In this document: one piece after another, positions 10,377 through 20,817 of the stretch | How the letters are laid out: every line of letters begins with the position of its first letter | Numbering within the stretch: position 1 is the stretch's first letter | DNA from: an uncultured delta proteobacterium | GTDB taxonomy: Bacteria; Desulfobacterota; Binatia; UBA9968 | Length of the DNA stretch: 64,000 bases | NCBI GenBank assembly: GCA_963847445.1 | Contig: CAWJZV010000023.1 | Coordinates: 96,001 to 160,000 of the forward strand | Direction: 5' to 3' | The notes under the pieces: model-generated | Database searches by the model: none | What the model was told of the DNA's origin: nothing | Seen by the model: the letters and a program-made list of their open reading frames with translations, nothing else | Made by a program: the position numbers and the translations under genes

Positions 10377-11401
10377 ATGACCACCTTTTCATTTCGGAAA
10401 CGAAAAATCCTCGGCATGGCGGTGTGCCTGGCGTTGGTTTTCACCGCGCGAACCGTCGGGCGCGGCTGAAGGGCTTGCAAAAGCTTCGCGTCGCTTACGC
10501 CGCCATCACCGCGGCCTTTGCGCTGCCGTGGATGGCTAAAGAAGCGGGCATCTTTCAGCGCCACGGTTTGGATGTCGAGTTGGTTTATATCGCGTCGGGG
10601 GCGCGCGCGGTACAGACTCTGGTGGGTGGTAGCGTCGACGTTGCCGAGATCGGCGGGCCGGCGGGGGTCGATGCCAGGCTGGCCGGTGCCGATACGATCT
10701 ATGTTGCTTTGCCGGTCACTCGGGTTTTGGTCTTCACGGTGGCGGCACCGCAGATTCAGAAAATTGAAGAGATGCGCGGCAAGACCATTGGCGTGACGCG
10801 CATCGGCACGGTGACCGACTTTTTCACGCGCTTGTACCTGCGCCAGAACAATCTCGTGCCGGACAAGGATGTCATGATCCGCCAGGCCGGCGGACTGCCT
10901 GAGATCGTCGCCGCACTCAAGGCCGGACAGGTCGAAGGCGGCACATTCGGCTTTCCCGCGGTGTTGCACGCTCGGGCAGCCGGGTTTCGCGTCTTGGTCG
11001 ATTACAATACGGCGGGATATCGCTATCCGCTATCGTCGGTGATCGTGACTCAAAGGCTATTGCGCAGCAATGAATCGGCGGTTCGCCGCTTACTCGAAGC
11101 GCATATCGAAGCGGCGCATCGATTTAAAACCGACGCCAATTTCGCCATGAACGTGATCGGCAAATATACCCAGACCAGCGAGCGGGCGATGTTGGAGGAA
11201 ACCCATCGAGTCTATGCCGCGGCCTTCGAACGGGTTCCCTATCCCGACCTGGAAGCGATGAAGCTCGGTATCACCCAGGTGAGCGAAACCAACCCAAAAG
11301 TGCGCGCTGTCGACCCGCGCGAGTTCGTCGATGGCCGGTTGCTGCGCGAGATCGAGGCGAGCGGCTTCGTCAAGCGGCTGTATGGCGAGACGGGAAAGTA
11401 G
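10377..11401 (+). CDS. NMT1/THI5-like ABC substrate-binding protein (frameshift in the signal-peptide region)
   Basis: ATG 10377 after AGGAG; WMAKEAGIFQRHGLDVELVYI; FVDGRLLREIEASGFVKRLY. Confidence 0.82.
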
Positions 11402-11563
11402 ATCTAAATGAAGAATCGGATTATCTCCCGCAAAGGCGCAAAGACGCAAAGTTCGGAATGCATTCGTAGGGGCGTATTGCATACGCCCTTGTTCGAAGCG
11501 CGGTGATGAAAAGGTTTTTGTTAGACAGTTTCGGCTAGGTACGACATATCGGAGGATTGCACC

Positions 11564-12496
11564 ATGATCATTGATACTCACTTTCACGCCTTTCCCGGAA
11601 AGTTTCTCGAGCTGATGCCGGAGGCGAAGAATGACGTTCGGGGCGTCGGTTTCCATGCTTTCGATCATCAGGAATATCTCAATGTCATGGACAAGTACGG
11701 AATCGATATGGGCGTGTTGTCGAACACCGGCGGCAGGATCGAGAAAGGCGGCGATCGCGCCAAGGCGTTGGAGCTGTGCAGGGTCTTGAACGATGGGTTC
11801 GCCGAAGCCCACGCCAAATATCCGCAGCGCTTTTTGGCGTTCGCGCGATTGCCGATGCTCGATATGCAGGATTGTGTGCGCGAGTTGGAGCGCTGCTACA
11901 AAGATCTCAAGATGCATGGCGTGATGATGCCGACCAATGTCGCCGGCAAGTATATCGACGAACCGGAGTTCAAACCGTTTTGGGACGCGCTGGCCGCCGG
12001 CGGCAAGCCGTTGTTTCTCCATCCGGCCAACGCACCGTGCCAGGCCAATTGGGACAAGTACTCGCTGCACCAGAAAATCCTCTGGCCGACCGACAGCACG
12101 CTGGCGTTATCGCGTATCGTCTATGCCGGTATGTTCGACCGCTATCCCAACTTGAAGCTGATCGCATCCCATTTGGGCGCGATGATTCTGTGCTATCTCG
12201 ACCGGCTCAACTGGCGCGAAGGCGATCCGCTGTGCAAGGAGGAGCCGGAAGTCTATTTCAAGAAGATCTTTTACGACACCGCCGGGCCGATCCGCGCGCC
12301 GTTTATAAAACTGGTCTGCGACACGGTGGGCGCAGATCAGATCCTGTTTGGCGCCGACTATCCGCACGGCCGGGAAGGACGCGACGATCAGTTCTACCCG
12401 ATGACTTTGAAAGCGATGGAAGAGCTGGATGTACCGGCGGCGGATAAGGAGAAGATTTATTATTTGAATGCGAAAAAGCTTTTCGGCCTTAACTGA
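11564..12496 (+). CDS. Amidohydrolase_2 family protein (ACMSD/decarboxylase-like)
   Basis: IIDTHFH, LFLHP, SHLG, ILFGADYPH. Confidence 0.9.
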   Translation: MIIDTHFHAFPGKFLELMPEAKNDVRGVGFHAFDHQEYLNVMDKYGIDMGVLSNTGGRIEKGGDRAKALELCRVLNDGFAEAHAKYPQRFLAFARLPMLDMQDCVRELERCYKDLKMHGVMMPTNVAGKYIDEPEFKPFWDALAAGGKPLFLHPANAPCQANWDKYSLHQKILWPTDSTLALSRIVYAGMFDRYPNLKLIASHLGAMILCYLDRLNWREGDPLCKEEPEVYFKKIFYDTAGPIRAPFIKLVCDTVGADQILFGADYPHGREGRDDQFYPMTLKAMEELDVPAADKEKIYYLNAKKLFGLN

Positions 12497-12632
12497 GCCG
12501 TTCAACACCAGTTCGATTCGCTCTCCACGCTGGGAGAGTAGGTTAGGGTGCAGGGCCGCAGTTTCGGTGAGCCCTCATCCCAACCTTCTCCCAGAGGGAG
12601 AAGGAGTAGGATTAGGCGAGCTGCGGCGCTCC

Positions 12633-13629
12633 TTACAACTTCAACAGCCGCTTGGCGTTACCTACCAAGATCGCTTCTTTGTCGGCGTCGGAGCATTTCA
12701 ACGCCTGGACCTTTTCGACGGCCATCCAGTCGCCGAGGGTGTAGGGATAGTCGGTGCCGAGCATGAGTTTGCCGGTGCCGACTTTGGCTTGCAAATATTC
12801 CAAGGTGTCGACGTCGTAGACCAGGGTGTCGAAGTAGAGATTTTTCAGATAGGCGCTGGGCGGCTGCTTGGCCAGCGCCGGGCGGGTTTTCTGGCCGGTG
12901 ACGAATTCCTTGTCGAAGCGGCCGAGATGAAACGGCAGAAAGCCGCCGCCGTGCAGCGCGCAGATTTTTAGATTGGGAAAACGGTCGAACAGGCCGCTGT
13001 AGAACATATAGCCCAGCGACAGGGTCGAGTCGGCGGGATTGCCGCAGACGGCGTTCAAACCGTACTCGGTCATGCGCTCGGCGCCGGCGATATGCTCGGG
13101 GTGCATGACGATCATGATGTCGAGCTCTTGAGCCTTGGCCCAGAACGGATCGAAGTCGGTGACGTTGTAATACTGGCCGTTGACGTTGGTGCCGATAAAA
13201 GCGCCGGCAAATTTGAGATCGACGATGGCGTGCTCCAACACTCGTCGCCGCCCGCGCGGCATCTTGCAGCGGCACCACCGCCATGCCGATGAAGCGATCC
13301 GGCCGCTGTTTTGCCAACAGCTGGGTGCAATCGTTGTAGAGATTGCACCAGGCCTCGCCTTGGCTGCCGTTCAATCGGTAGCCCAAGCTGTTGGTGTTGG
13401 CTTCGAGGGTTGCCAAACCGACCTGGCCTTGATCCATTATTTCGATATGCTTTTCGACATCGAAGATCGGCGGCTGCAAACGGTGCGGCTTGCTGCCGGT
13501 GAAAGAAAGCGACCAACTGCCTTTGTCCTGCCGAACCTCGACGCCGAGGGCCTTGCCGTGCTTCTGAGTTTCCTCGATCAGCTGCTGCGGCACATAATGG
13601 TGGTGAATGTCGATGGCTTTGTCTGGCAT
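12633..13629 (-). CDS. Amidohydrolase_2 family protein, ACMSD-like (frameshift near 13250)
   Basis: IDIHHH, VMHP, LHGGGFLP and LGTDYPY across two ORFs. Confidence 0.85.
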
Positions 13630-13658
13630 TGAACTCTTCGCTGCCTCTCGCTGCGCGC

Positions 13659-14645
13659 TTATTTTGCAAACACCCCGCTCTTTTCCAATTCGACCAGATA
13701 ACGCCGGTCGATCATGTCAGCGGGTTTGATCGCTTTGGCGCGCGCGTCGAGGGGCGCGATCTCGTCGAGCGAAGCTTGCAGCGCGGCTTCGTGGATCTCC
13801 AGCCGGTGTTCCATGGCGGCGATCTCGGAATTGTAGGATGCGTCGAGAACCTTCGGGTCGGTGATGCGCAGATATTTGCCGAGCACTTTATAAACCAGCG
13901 CGCGGTCGCTGTGCATCAATTTGCTCGCTTCGGCCATGGCGCGCATGAAGCGGCTGATGACCGGGCCGCGTTTGTTGATCAGCGAGCGCAGGGTGACGAT
14001 GCAGGTGGCCGCGTAGGGAATCTTGAGATCGAAACCGTTGACGACGTAGCGGTAGCCGCGCGAGGCGACCTGGAAATCGCCGGGCGCCACTAGGCCGGCG
14101 GCGTCGACGTTGCCGCCGAGGAGCGAAGCCACGGTCTCCGGTCCGCCGCCGGTCTGGATGGTTTGAATATCCTTGCTCGCATCCATGCCCAAGCGGCGCA
14201 GCGCCTGAATGACAAAATAGTGGGTGTTGCCGCCGAAGCGGCCGACGGCGACTTTCTTGCCTTTGAGATCTTGCGGGCTCTTGATGTCCGCCTTGCCCAT
14301 GATGCTATGGGTCAAAAAGTTCTTCATGCCGCCGATGAAGACAAGATCGTTGGTGCCTTGAACGATGGCGCGGACGTTGCCGACGGCGCCGGTGACGCCG
14401 ATCTCGGCGTCGCCGCTGATGGTCGCGGCGGTGGCGACCGGCGATGAGGGAATGAAAACCAAATTGAAGTCGAGATCGTATTTCTTGAACAGGCCGGCTT
14501 CCCGCGCGATCCACGGCATTGACTGGGACATCACCTGGGCCGAGTGCAGACCGACGAGCCGGTCCGGCGCCGCCGCTGCCCTTGCCGATTCGTCACCCAA
14601 GCAAAGGGCGAAAAGTGTCATACCGATCAATAATATTTTCATCAT
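13659..14645 (-). CDS. NMT1/THI5-like ABC substrate-binding protein
   Basis: Signal peptide; WIAREAGLFKKYDL; DLKGKKVAVGRFGG. Confidence 0.87.
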   Translation of the reverse strand: MMKILLIGMTLFALCLGDESARAAAAPDRLVGLHSAQVMSQSMPWIAREAGLFKKYDLDFNLVFIPSSPVATAATISGDAEIGVTGAVGNVRAIVQGTNDLVFIGGMKNFLTHSIMGKADIKSPQDLKGKKVAVGRFGGNTHYFVIQALRRLGMDASKDIQTIQTGGGPETVASLLGGNVDAAGLVAPGDFQVASRGYRYVVNGFDLKIPYAATCIVTLRSLINKRGPVISRFMRAMAEASKLMHSDRALVYKVLGKYLRITDPKVLDASYNSEIAAMEHRLEIHEAALQASLDEIAPLDARAKAIKPADMIDRRYLVELEKSGVFAK

Positions 14646-14656
14646 AGTCGTCCTCC

Positions 14657-15964
14657 TCAGCGCGTCATTATGGCTAACGATTCTACATGGAAGGTGTGGG
14701 GGAAAAAGTCAACCGGTTGGACGAATCGGAGCTTGTAGCCAAGCTTGCTAAGCGCGGCCAGGTCGCGCGCCAGGGTCGTCGGATTGCACGAGATATAGAT
14801 GATCGTCGCCGCGCCCAGCGCGCTGATGTCGGCGGCAATTCCCTTGGCGCCGGTGCGGGGTGGATCGAGGACGATCTTGGAATACTTTTGGCGCTGCTGT
14901 TTGAGTTGCGCGAGCGCCCGCGGCACTGGGGCGCATATCCAATGGATATTGTCGATGCCGTTTCTCTGGCCGTTGAGTTTGCCGCTGGCGACGGCGTTGC
15001 GAAATCCTTCCACCGCGGTGATTTCACCTACTTGCTTGGCCATGGGCAAGGTGAAATTCCCAGCGCCGGAGTAGAGTTCCAAGACGCGATCCTGTTTGTC
15101 AAAGGCGCCGGCGTTCAGGAGTTCGGCGAGCATCAGCCGATTGGCCTCGGCGTTGACCTGGCTGAAGGTGTCGGCGTCGAGTTTGAGCGCTAGGTCGTCT
15201 TGCAGCGCCACCGTGATCGAGGGTGTGCCCCAGGTTTTGCGCCAGTCGCCGGCATGAACAATGACCCCATTGATAGAAGCGTTCGCGGCTCCGACCAGCT
15301 GGCCGCAGAGCTCCTCATCGCTTGGACTCAGCGGTTCGCTGGCTGTTGCCGTGACCACAGTTTGGCCAGTCTCGTCGCCGCTGACGATCTCGATATGCTC
15401 GAGGTTGGCGGCGAGCCGGTCGAGCCATGCGCGCAGCGGCGCGATGACCGCGTTCAGCGGCTGCGCGGCGATCAGGCAAGTATCGACTTCGACCACATGG
15501 TGCGACGCGCCGCTGTAAAAGCCCAAGCGCTTCACCGCGCTGACTTGCAACCGAATGCGCCGGCGGTAGTGCTCGGCGCTGGGCGAGGCGATGATCGGCC
15601 GCAGGTCAAAACCGTCAAGCTTGCCGATGCGCCGCAGGGCGTCTGCGACGCTCTGCTCTTTGGCCTTGAGTTGCTCTCGGTAACCGATATGTTGCCAAGT
15701 ACAGCCGCCGCAATCGCCGACGTAGGGGCAAGGCGGGGTCTGGCGCAGCGGCGATGGCGCGATGATTCTTACGATCTCACCGATGGCGTAACGTTCTTTG
15801 GTTTCGGTGAGTCGGGCGACCACGCGGTCGCCGGGAGCGCTGTTGGGAATCATGATCGCCTTGCCGTCGCTGCGGCCGATGCCGTAGGGGCCGTAGGAAA
15901 GCCTGTCGATATCTAGTTCTAGTTCGGTTTTCGGGGTAGGTTGTGAAATGTGTTCGGTAATCAA
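14657..15964 (-). CDS. rlmD: 23S rRNA (uracil-C5)-methyltransferase RlmD
   Basis: TRAM domain, CPYVGDCGGC Fe-S motif, FSQVN, LELYSGAG, LDPPRTG, YISCNPTTLARD. The start (TTG 15964) is approximate. Confidence 0.9.
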   Translation of the reverse strand: MITEHISQPTPKTELELDIDRLSYGPYGIGRSDGKAIMIPNSAPGDRVVARLTETKERYAIGEIVRIIAPSPLRQTPPCPYVGDCGGCTWQHIGYREQLKAKEQSVADALRRIGKLDGFDLRPIIASPSAEHYRRRIRLQVSAVKRLGFYSGASHHVVEVDTCLIAAQPLNAVIAPLRAWLDRLAANLEHIEIVSGDETGQTVVTATASEPLSPSDEELCGQLVGAANASINGVIVHAGDWRKTWGTPSITVALQDDLALKLDADTFSQVNAEANRLMLAELLNAGAFDKQDRVLELYSGAGNFTLPMAKQVGEITAVEGFRNAVASGKLNGQRNGIDNIHWICAPVPRALAQLKQQRQKYSKIVLDPPRTGAKGIAADISALGAATIIYISCNPTTLARDLAALSKLGYKLRFVQPVDFFPHTFHVESLAIMTR

Positions 15965-16195
15965 AGTGTGACAACTTAACCACAAAGGGATTGGAGCGGC
16001 AATGCCGCCAACGATTCTGGAAATATCTCCACGCAAAGGCGCAAAGACGCCAAGTTCGGAAGGAAGAGACGAATTAGCTTGGAGAATTTTTTCGCCGTTA
16101 TTATTCCGACCTTTGCGGCTCTTCGCGTCTTTGCGAGGGATAATCCGAGTCTGCTTTTGATTTTGCAGTGCTCGCTTCTGACCGGTGCAGCGATT

Positions 16196-16561
16196 ATGGA
16201 ACTACAAGACGATCCGCGATTCATCAAGGGCATTGAAGAGTTCAACAATGGATTGTATTTCGAGTGCCACGAGACCCTCGAAGAGATCTGGCTGGAGGAG
16301 CATGGCGAGGAGCGCAAATTTTATCAGGGCATCATTCAGATCGCCGCTGGCTATTACAAGCTCGAACAGGGCGTGCCGGCGGGCGCGTTGAAGCTCTGGC
16401 GCATGGGTATGGAAAAACTCCAGGCTTACAGCCCGGTGTATCTCGGCGTTAACGTCGACGCCCTGGTGGCCGGCGTCAGCGCCAATCTTGCCGCGTTGGA
16501 AAAAGATCAACAGCAAACCGCCAGCGCTTTGGGTGCGCCGACCATCCAGCTGTTCTGTTAA
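16196..16561 (+). CDS. DUF309 domain protein
   Basis: FNNGLYFECHETLEEIW...FYQGIIQIAAG. Confidence 0.85.
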   Translation: MELQDDPRFIKGIEEFNNGLYFECHETLEEIWLEEHGEERKFYQGIIQIAAGYYKLEQGVPAGALKLWRMGMEKLQAYSPVYLGVNVDALVAGVSANLAALEKDQQQTASALGAPTIQLFC

Positions 16562-16573
16562 CCCTGCCGCTTC

Positions 16574-17263
16574 ATGATTCGCTGCACCGACGTTGGCAAA
16601 GTTTATCAGCAGGGCGAAAACCGAATTATCGCCCTCGCCGGTGTGTCGCTGGAGATTCCCCAGGGCGCATTCGCGGCGGTGATGGGGCAGAGCGGTTCGG
16701 GGAAAAGCACGCTGTTGCATCTGATCGGCGGCTTGGACCGGCCGAGCAGCGGCGAGTTGCTGGTCGACGGCCGGTTGATCGGTCAGATGGCGGACGATCA
16801 AGTGACGCTGTTTCGCCGCAACCAGATCGGTTTCATCTTTCAGTTTTTCAATCTATTGCCGACGTTAACCGCGGCGGAGAACATCGCGCTGCCCTTCGTG
16901 CTCGACGGCCGCAGCAAGGCCGAGGCGGATACGCGCGCCGCCGCGCTGCTGGCCAAAGTCGGTTTGCAACATCGCCAACAGCATCTCCCCGAGGCGCTTT
17001 CCGGCGGCGAGATTCAGCGCGTGGCCATCGCCCGGGCGCTGGCGTTTAACCCGCCGATACTGCTCGCCGACGAGCCCACCGGCAATCTCGATTCGCAAAA
17101 CGGCAGCGCGATCCTCGACCTGTTGCGCCTGGTCAATCGCCAGGACGGTTGCACCATCGTCATGGTGACCCATAGCGAGGAGGCGGCGGGATATGCCGAT
17201 CGGAAGATTTACTTGCGCGATGGGCGGGTGGAACGGGTAGAAGAAAATAACCGTAAAGAGTAA
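16574..17263 (+). CDS. ABC transporter ATP-binding protein, LolD/MacB type
   Basis: GQSGSGKST, LSGGEIQRVAIARAL, LADEPTGNLD. Confidence 0.93.
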   Translation: MIRCTDVGKVYQQGENRIIALAGVSLEIPQGAFAAVMGQSGSGKSTLLHLIGGLDRPSSGELLVDGRLIGQMADDQVTLFRRNQIGFIFQFFNLLPTLTAAENIALPFVLDGRSKAEADTRAAALLAKVGLQHRQQHLPEALSGGEIQRVAIARALAFNPPILLADEPTGNLDSQNGSAILDLLRLVNRQDGCTIVMVTHSEEAAGYADRKIYLRDGRVERVEENNRKE

Positions 17264-17325
17264 GGAGTCAGGAGTAAGGAGTTAGGAGTCCCCACCCCTA
17301 ACTCCTTACTATTCACTCCTTACTG
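17259..17325. repeat. Heptamer tandem repeat (GGAGTAA-like) with inverted copy; probable terminator-like hairpin
   Basis: gagtaaggagtcaggagtaaggagttaggagt...aactccttactattcactccttact. Confidence 0.65.
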
Positions 17326-17339
17326 TTTCTGGAGGAAGC

Positions 17340-18764
17340 ATGGCATTTGAATCGATGGGTGATTTTATCACCGCGGCGGACCAGGTCGGCGAGGTGTTGC
17401 ATGTCGAAGGCGCGGACTTGGAGATGGATGTCGGCGGATTGACCGAACTGACGGCGGAAAAAAACGGGCCGATGGTGCTGTTCGACAAGTTCGCCGGCTA
17501 TCCGGCGGGCTTTCGCGTCGCCGCCAACGCCAACCGCACGCTGCGCCGTTTTGCCTTGGCCATGGGTTTGCCCCTCGACATTCATCCGTTGGAATTGCTG
17601 CGCCGCTGGCGCGACAAGCGGGCGGATTCAAAACCGATTGCCGCGCGGGTGGTCAAAGACGGACCGGTGCTGGCCAACGTACAGCAAGGCGACGCCGTCA
17701 ACATTGAAAACTTCCCCGCGCCGCGTTGGCATCCCGGCGACGGCGGCCGCTACATCGGCACCCAGGATATGGTGATCGTCCGCGATCCCGAACAGGGCTG
17801 GGTCAACATGGGCTGCTATCGCGCCATGGTGCAGCGCCGCGACCGCGTCAGCCTGTGGATCAATCCGCAGAAGCATGGGCGGATTCTCGCGCAAAAATAT
17901 TGGCGCGACGGCAAGGCCGCGCCGGTGGCGGTGGTGTTCGGCTGCGAGCCGGTGACTTGGATGACGGCGTCGATGTCGCCGCCCTTCGGCACGTCGGAGT
18001 ATGAACTCGCCGGCGCCTATCGCGGCAGTCCGGTCGACGTTGTCGAGTTGCCGCTGACCAAGCTGCCCGTGCCGGCGCACGCCGAGATCGTCATCGAAGG
18101 CGAGATTCCGCCGGAGAGCGAAGAGACCGCGATGGAAGGGCCGTTCGGCGAATGGCCGGGCTATTACACTCATCAGGGACCCGAAGCGGTGGTGCGCATC
18201 AAGCGGATTTACTATCGCGACAATCCGATCATCGCCGGCGCGCCGCCGCTGCGGCCGATCAACTGGAGCAACTTCACCAACTATGTCCATCTGTGGGAGC
18301 ATCTCGAACGCTCCGGCATCACCGACATCAACGGCGTCTGGGGTTTTTACAACGGTCTGCTCACCGTGGTGTCGTTGAAGCAACGCTACGCCGGCCATGC
18401 CAAGCAAGCCTTGATCACCGCCGCGGGGTTTCGCCACGGCGACATGAAGACCTATTACGTCACCGTCGACGACGACATCGATCCGACCAATCAAGAAGAA
18501 GTATTGTGGGCCATGTGCACACGCGTCGACCCAGCCACGGCGGTCGATGTTCTGCGTGACGCCTGGACCGCCGACTTGGACCCGCGGGTCTCGCCGGCGC
18601 GGCGCGCGGCGGGAGATCTGACGGTTGGCAGAATGCTGATCAACGCCTGCAAGCCCTTCGCCTGGCGCGAGCAGTTCGCCAAGACCAACGTCTTCGGCGC
18701 CGAAGACCGCCAGAAGCTGCAAGCCAAGTGGGGCGATCTGTTGGCGACGATCGGCGCGAAGTGA
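17340..18764 (+). CDS. UbiD family (prFMN-dependent) decarboxylase
   Basis: DGGRYIGT, EGPFGEWPGYY, VTVDDDIDP, WAMCTRVDP. Confidence 0.92.
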   Translation: MAFESMGDFITAADQVGEVLHVEGADLEMDVGGLTELTAEKNGPMVLFDKFAGYPAGFRVAANANRTLRRFALAMGLPLDIHPLELLRRWRDKRADSKPIAARVVKDGPVLANVQQGDAVNIENFPAPRWHPGDGGRYIGTQDMVIVRDPEQGWVNMGCYRAMVQRRDRVSLWINPQKHGRILAQKYWRDGKAAPVAVVFGCEPVTWMTASMSPPFGTSEYELAGAYRGSPVDVVELPLTKLPVPAHAEIVIEGEIPPESEETAMEGPFGEWPGYYTHQGPEAVVRIKRIYYRDNPIIAGAPPLRPINWSNFTNYVHLWEHLERSGITDINGVWGFYNGLLTVVSLKQRYAGHAKQALITAAGFRHGDMKTYYVTVDDDIDPTNQEEVLWAMCTRVDPATAVDVLRDAWTADLDPRVSPARRAAGDLTVGRMLINACKPFAWREQFAKTNVFGAEDRQKLQAKWGDLLATIGAK

Positions 18765-18777
18765 GAGTCGGTCGATG

Positions 18778-19110
18778 CACCGCGAAAGCCTAGCGCGACG
18801 AAGCGACAATCGAAAAGAAGAATGGCCGCAAAGAACGCAAAGGTCGCAAAAAAGAATCCGGGTGTAGGGGCGGGTTCAAACCCGCCTCTTGGCTTTCCCA
18901 GACTTCGCTGGAGAAAAGAGGTTCGCCTGTCGGCGAACAGCTGCAATCAAAACTCGGTATATCTCTCGCAAAGGCGCTAAGCTCACTAAGGTGACGGGCG
19001 ATGCCCGTCATCCCGAGGAAACACCAGGGATCTAAGATAGATTTCTCCCAAGGGTCGAAATGACAACAATTCCGAACTTGGCGTCTTTGCGTCTTGGTGA
19101 GAGGAATTTC
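18778..19110. repeat. Composite repeat, copy 2, followed by CGCAAAGG units and a CGTC-type palindrome
   Basis: Matches 9985-10106. cgtcatcccgagg..gggatct..gatttctccc..gtcgaaatgac is nested between inverted cgcaaagg/ctttgcg arms. Confidence 0.75.
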
Positions 19111-19365
19111 CGAATCCGAGAATTTTCGACTCCCGGAATATTAAAGCCGCATGCTATGACAAACATGTTGGGGTTAGTTTTTGGATAGAAATGCGCAGTA
19201 CACGAAGTTTGGAATTAAGGCCGGCCGGGTTCGGCATCTGAGGGTTGGCCGCACCCTTCGACTGGCTGCTCAGGGCGATCGGGAACGCAAGGGGCGTAAT
19301 TTATTTTGTATGATATATGCTCTGCGGGAGCGGTGCGGCGATCGCCCAGCGGATTCGGAGAGTAA

Positions 19366-19431
19366 GGGAGCGCGGACATTCCTGTCCGCGAGTTTTGTCC
19401 GATAGTCGCGGGTTCGAAAACCCGCGCTCCT
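19366..19431. repeat. GGAG-type REP doublet (second copy at 33358-33413)
   Basis: gggagcgcggacatt(c/t)ctgtccgc...gcggg..gaaa.cccgcgctcct at both loci. Confidence 0.75.
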
Positions 19432-19519
19432 TTGAAGGCGCGATTGGGCACGACGTGAGAGTATCGTCGTGCCTTGCTGTGCGACGGGCTTATTCGAAGT
19501 TATTTATTTTGGAGGATCG

Positions 19520-20671
19520 ATGGAAATTAAACATAAACTGATCAGCGCGGATTCCCATGCCGGGTTTGACCGCGATGATTTCACCAAGCGCATGTCCGCC
19601 AGCAAGTGGGGCGAAAAGATTCCGCAGATCGTCGAAACCAAGGTCGATGGCAAACGGATCGATCGCTGGACGGTATATGGAGAAGTGCGCCATGGCGATG
19701 TCGCCAATTGCCCGGCTCTGATGGGCGAGCCGTTTCCGACCTACCCGAAACTCTACGAAGAGATTCCCAAGGCCTACCATGATCCGCAGGCGCGCCTGGC
19801 GATGCTCGATGCCGATGGCGTCGACGCCGAGGTGCTGTTTCCCAATCCGCCGGGCGGATCGTTCTTCGAACCCGGCGATGTCGACTACGAGCTGGACGTC
19901 GTGCGCGCCTACAACGATACGCTGGCCGAGTGGAAACGGGTCAGCGACCGCTACGTGCCGTTGGCGATCGTGCCGTACTTGAGCGCGCCGGCGGTGATCA
20001 AGAAAGAACTCGAACGCGCCGCGGCGGCGGGCCATCGCGGCGTCAATCTCATGGGGCAGATGCCCAAAGGGCTGCCGCATATCACCGATCCGTACTGGAA
20101 TCCGCTTTGGGAGGTTTGCCAGGCGTTGGAGCTGCCGATTCATTTCCATGGCTCGGCCGGGTTGAGCGCCGGCGCATCGGTGCGCAAGTGGAGCGGCTAT
20201 TCCCATCGCCAGGCCCATTCGGCGCAGACCGCGACTTCGGCGGTGACGCCGGCGCAGATCGTGCCGCAATTTATTTTTTCCGGCATCACCGAAAAGTTTC
20301 CCGGCTTGATCAGCGTGTTTCCCGAGGCCGGCGTCGGCAGTCTCAACTACGTCATCGCCACCTGCGATCACGAGTGGGAGAGCCGCCATCTCTGGACCGA
20401 AGGCATCACCACGCGGCCGAGCGAGATCGTGCGCCGGCAGATGTACGTGAACTTTTGGTTCGAGGCCGAAGGCATCAAGCTGCGCGACGACATCGGCGTC
20501 GACAACATCATGTGGGAATCGGATTTCCCCCATGTGGCGTCGTACTATCCGCATTCCTGGCGCGAGGTCGAGCGCGTGCTCACCGGCGTGCCCGAGGCCG
20601 ACCGGCGCAAGATGCAATATGAAAACGCGGTCAAGTTGTACAAGATCGACGCGGTGCTGCCAAGCAATTAA
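19520..20671 (+). CDS. Amidohydrolase_2 family protein
   Basis: LISADSH, DADGVDAEVLFP, PIHFH, IMWESDFPH. Confidence 0.9.
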   Translation: MEIKHKLISADSHAGFDRDDFTKRMSASKWGEKIPQIVETKVDGKRIDRWTVYGEVRHGDVANCPALMGEPFPTYPKLYEEIPKAYHDPQARLAMLDADGVDAEVLFPNPPGGSFFEPGDVDYELDVVRAYNDTLAEWKRVSDRYVPLAIVPYLSAPAVIKKELERAAAAGHRGVNLMGQMPKGLPHITDPYWNPLWEVCQALELPIHFHGSAGLSAGASVRKWSGYSHRQAHSAQTATSAVTPAQIVPQFIFSGITEKFPGLISVFPEAGVGSLNYVIATCDHEWESRHLWTEGITTRPSEIVRRQMYVNFWFEAEGIKLRDDIGVDNIMWESDFPHVASYYPHSWREVERVLTGVPEADRRKMQYENAVKLYKIDAVLPSN

Positions 20672-20817
20672 TCGGAGCATTCACCGCGGAGGCGCGGAGT
20701 ACGCAGAGTAAAGAGGGGGCGAGTTAATAAGTTATCCGAACTCTGCGATCTCTGTGTCTCTGCGGTGAAAATCGTCTGATTTCACCTAATCAGTGATATC
20801 GAGAGAGGAAAGTTTGC

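Noticed and set aside
3623-20680. Long antisense ORFs such as 3623..4630, 7847..8779, 8988..9968, 17628..18809 and 19490..20680
   Set aside because: They are shadow ORFs opposite well-supported genes, as expected in high-GC DNA, and carry no motifs.
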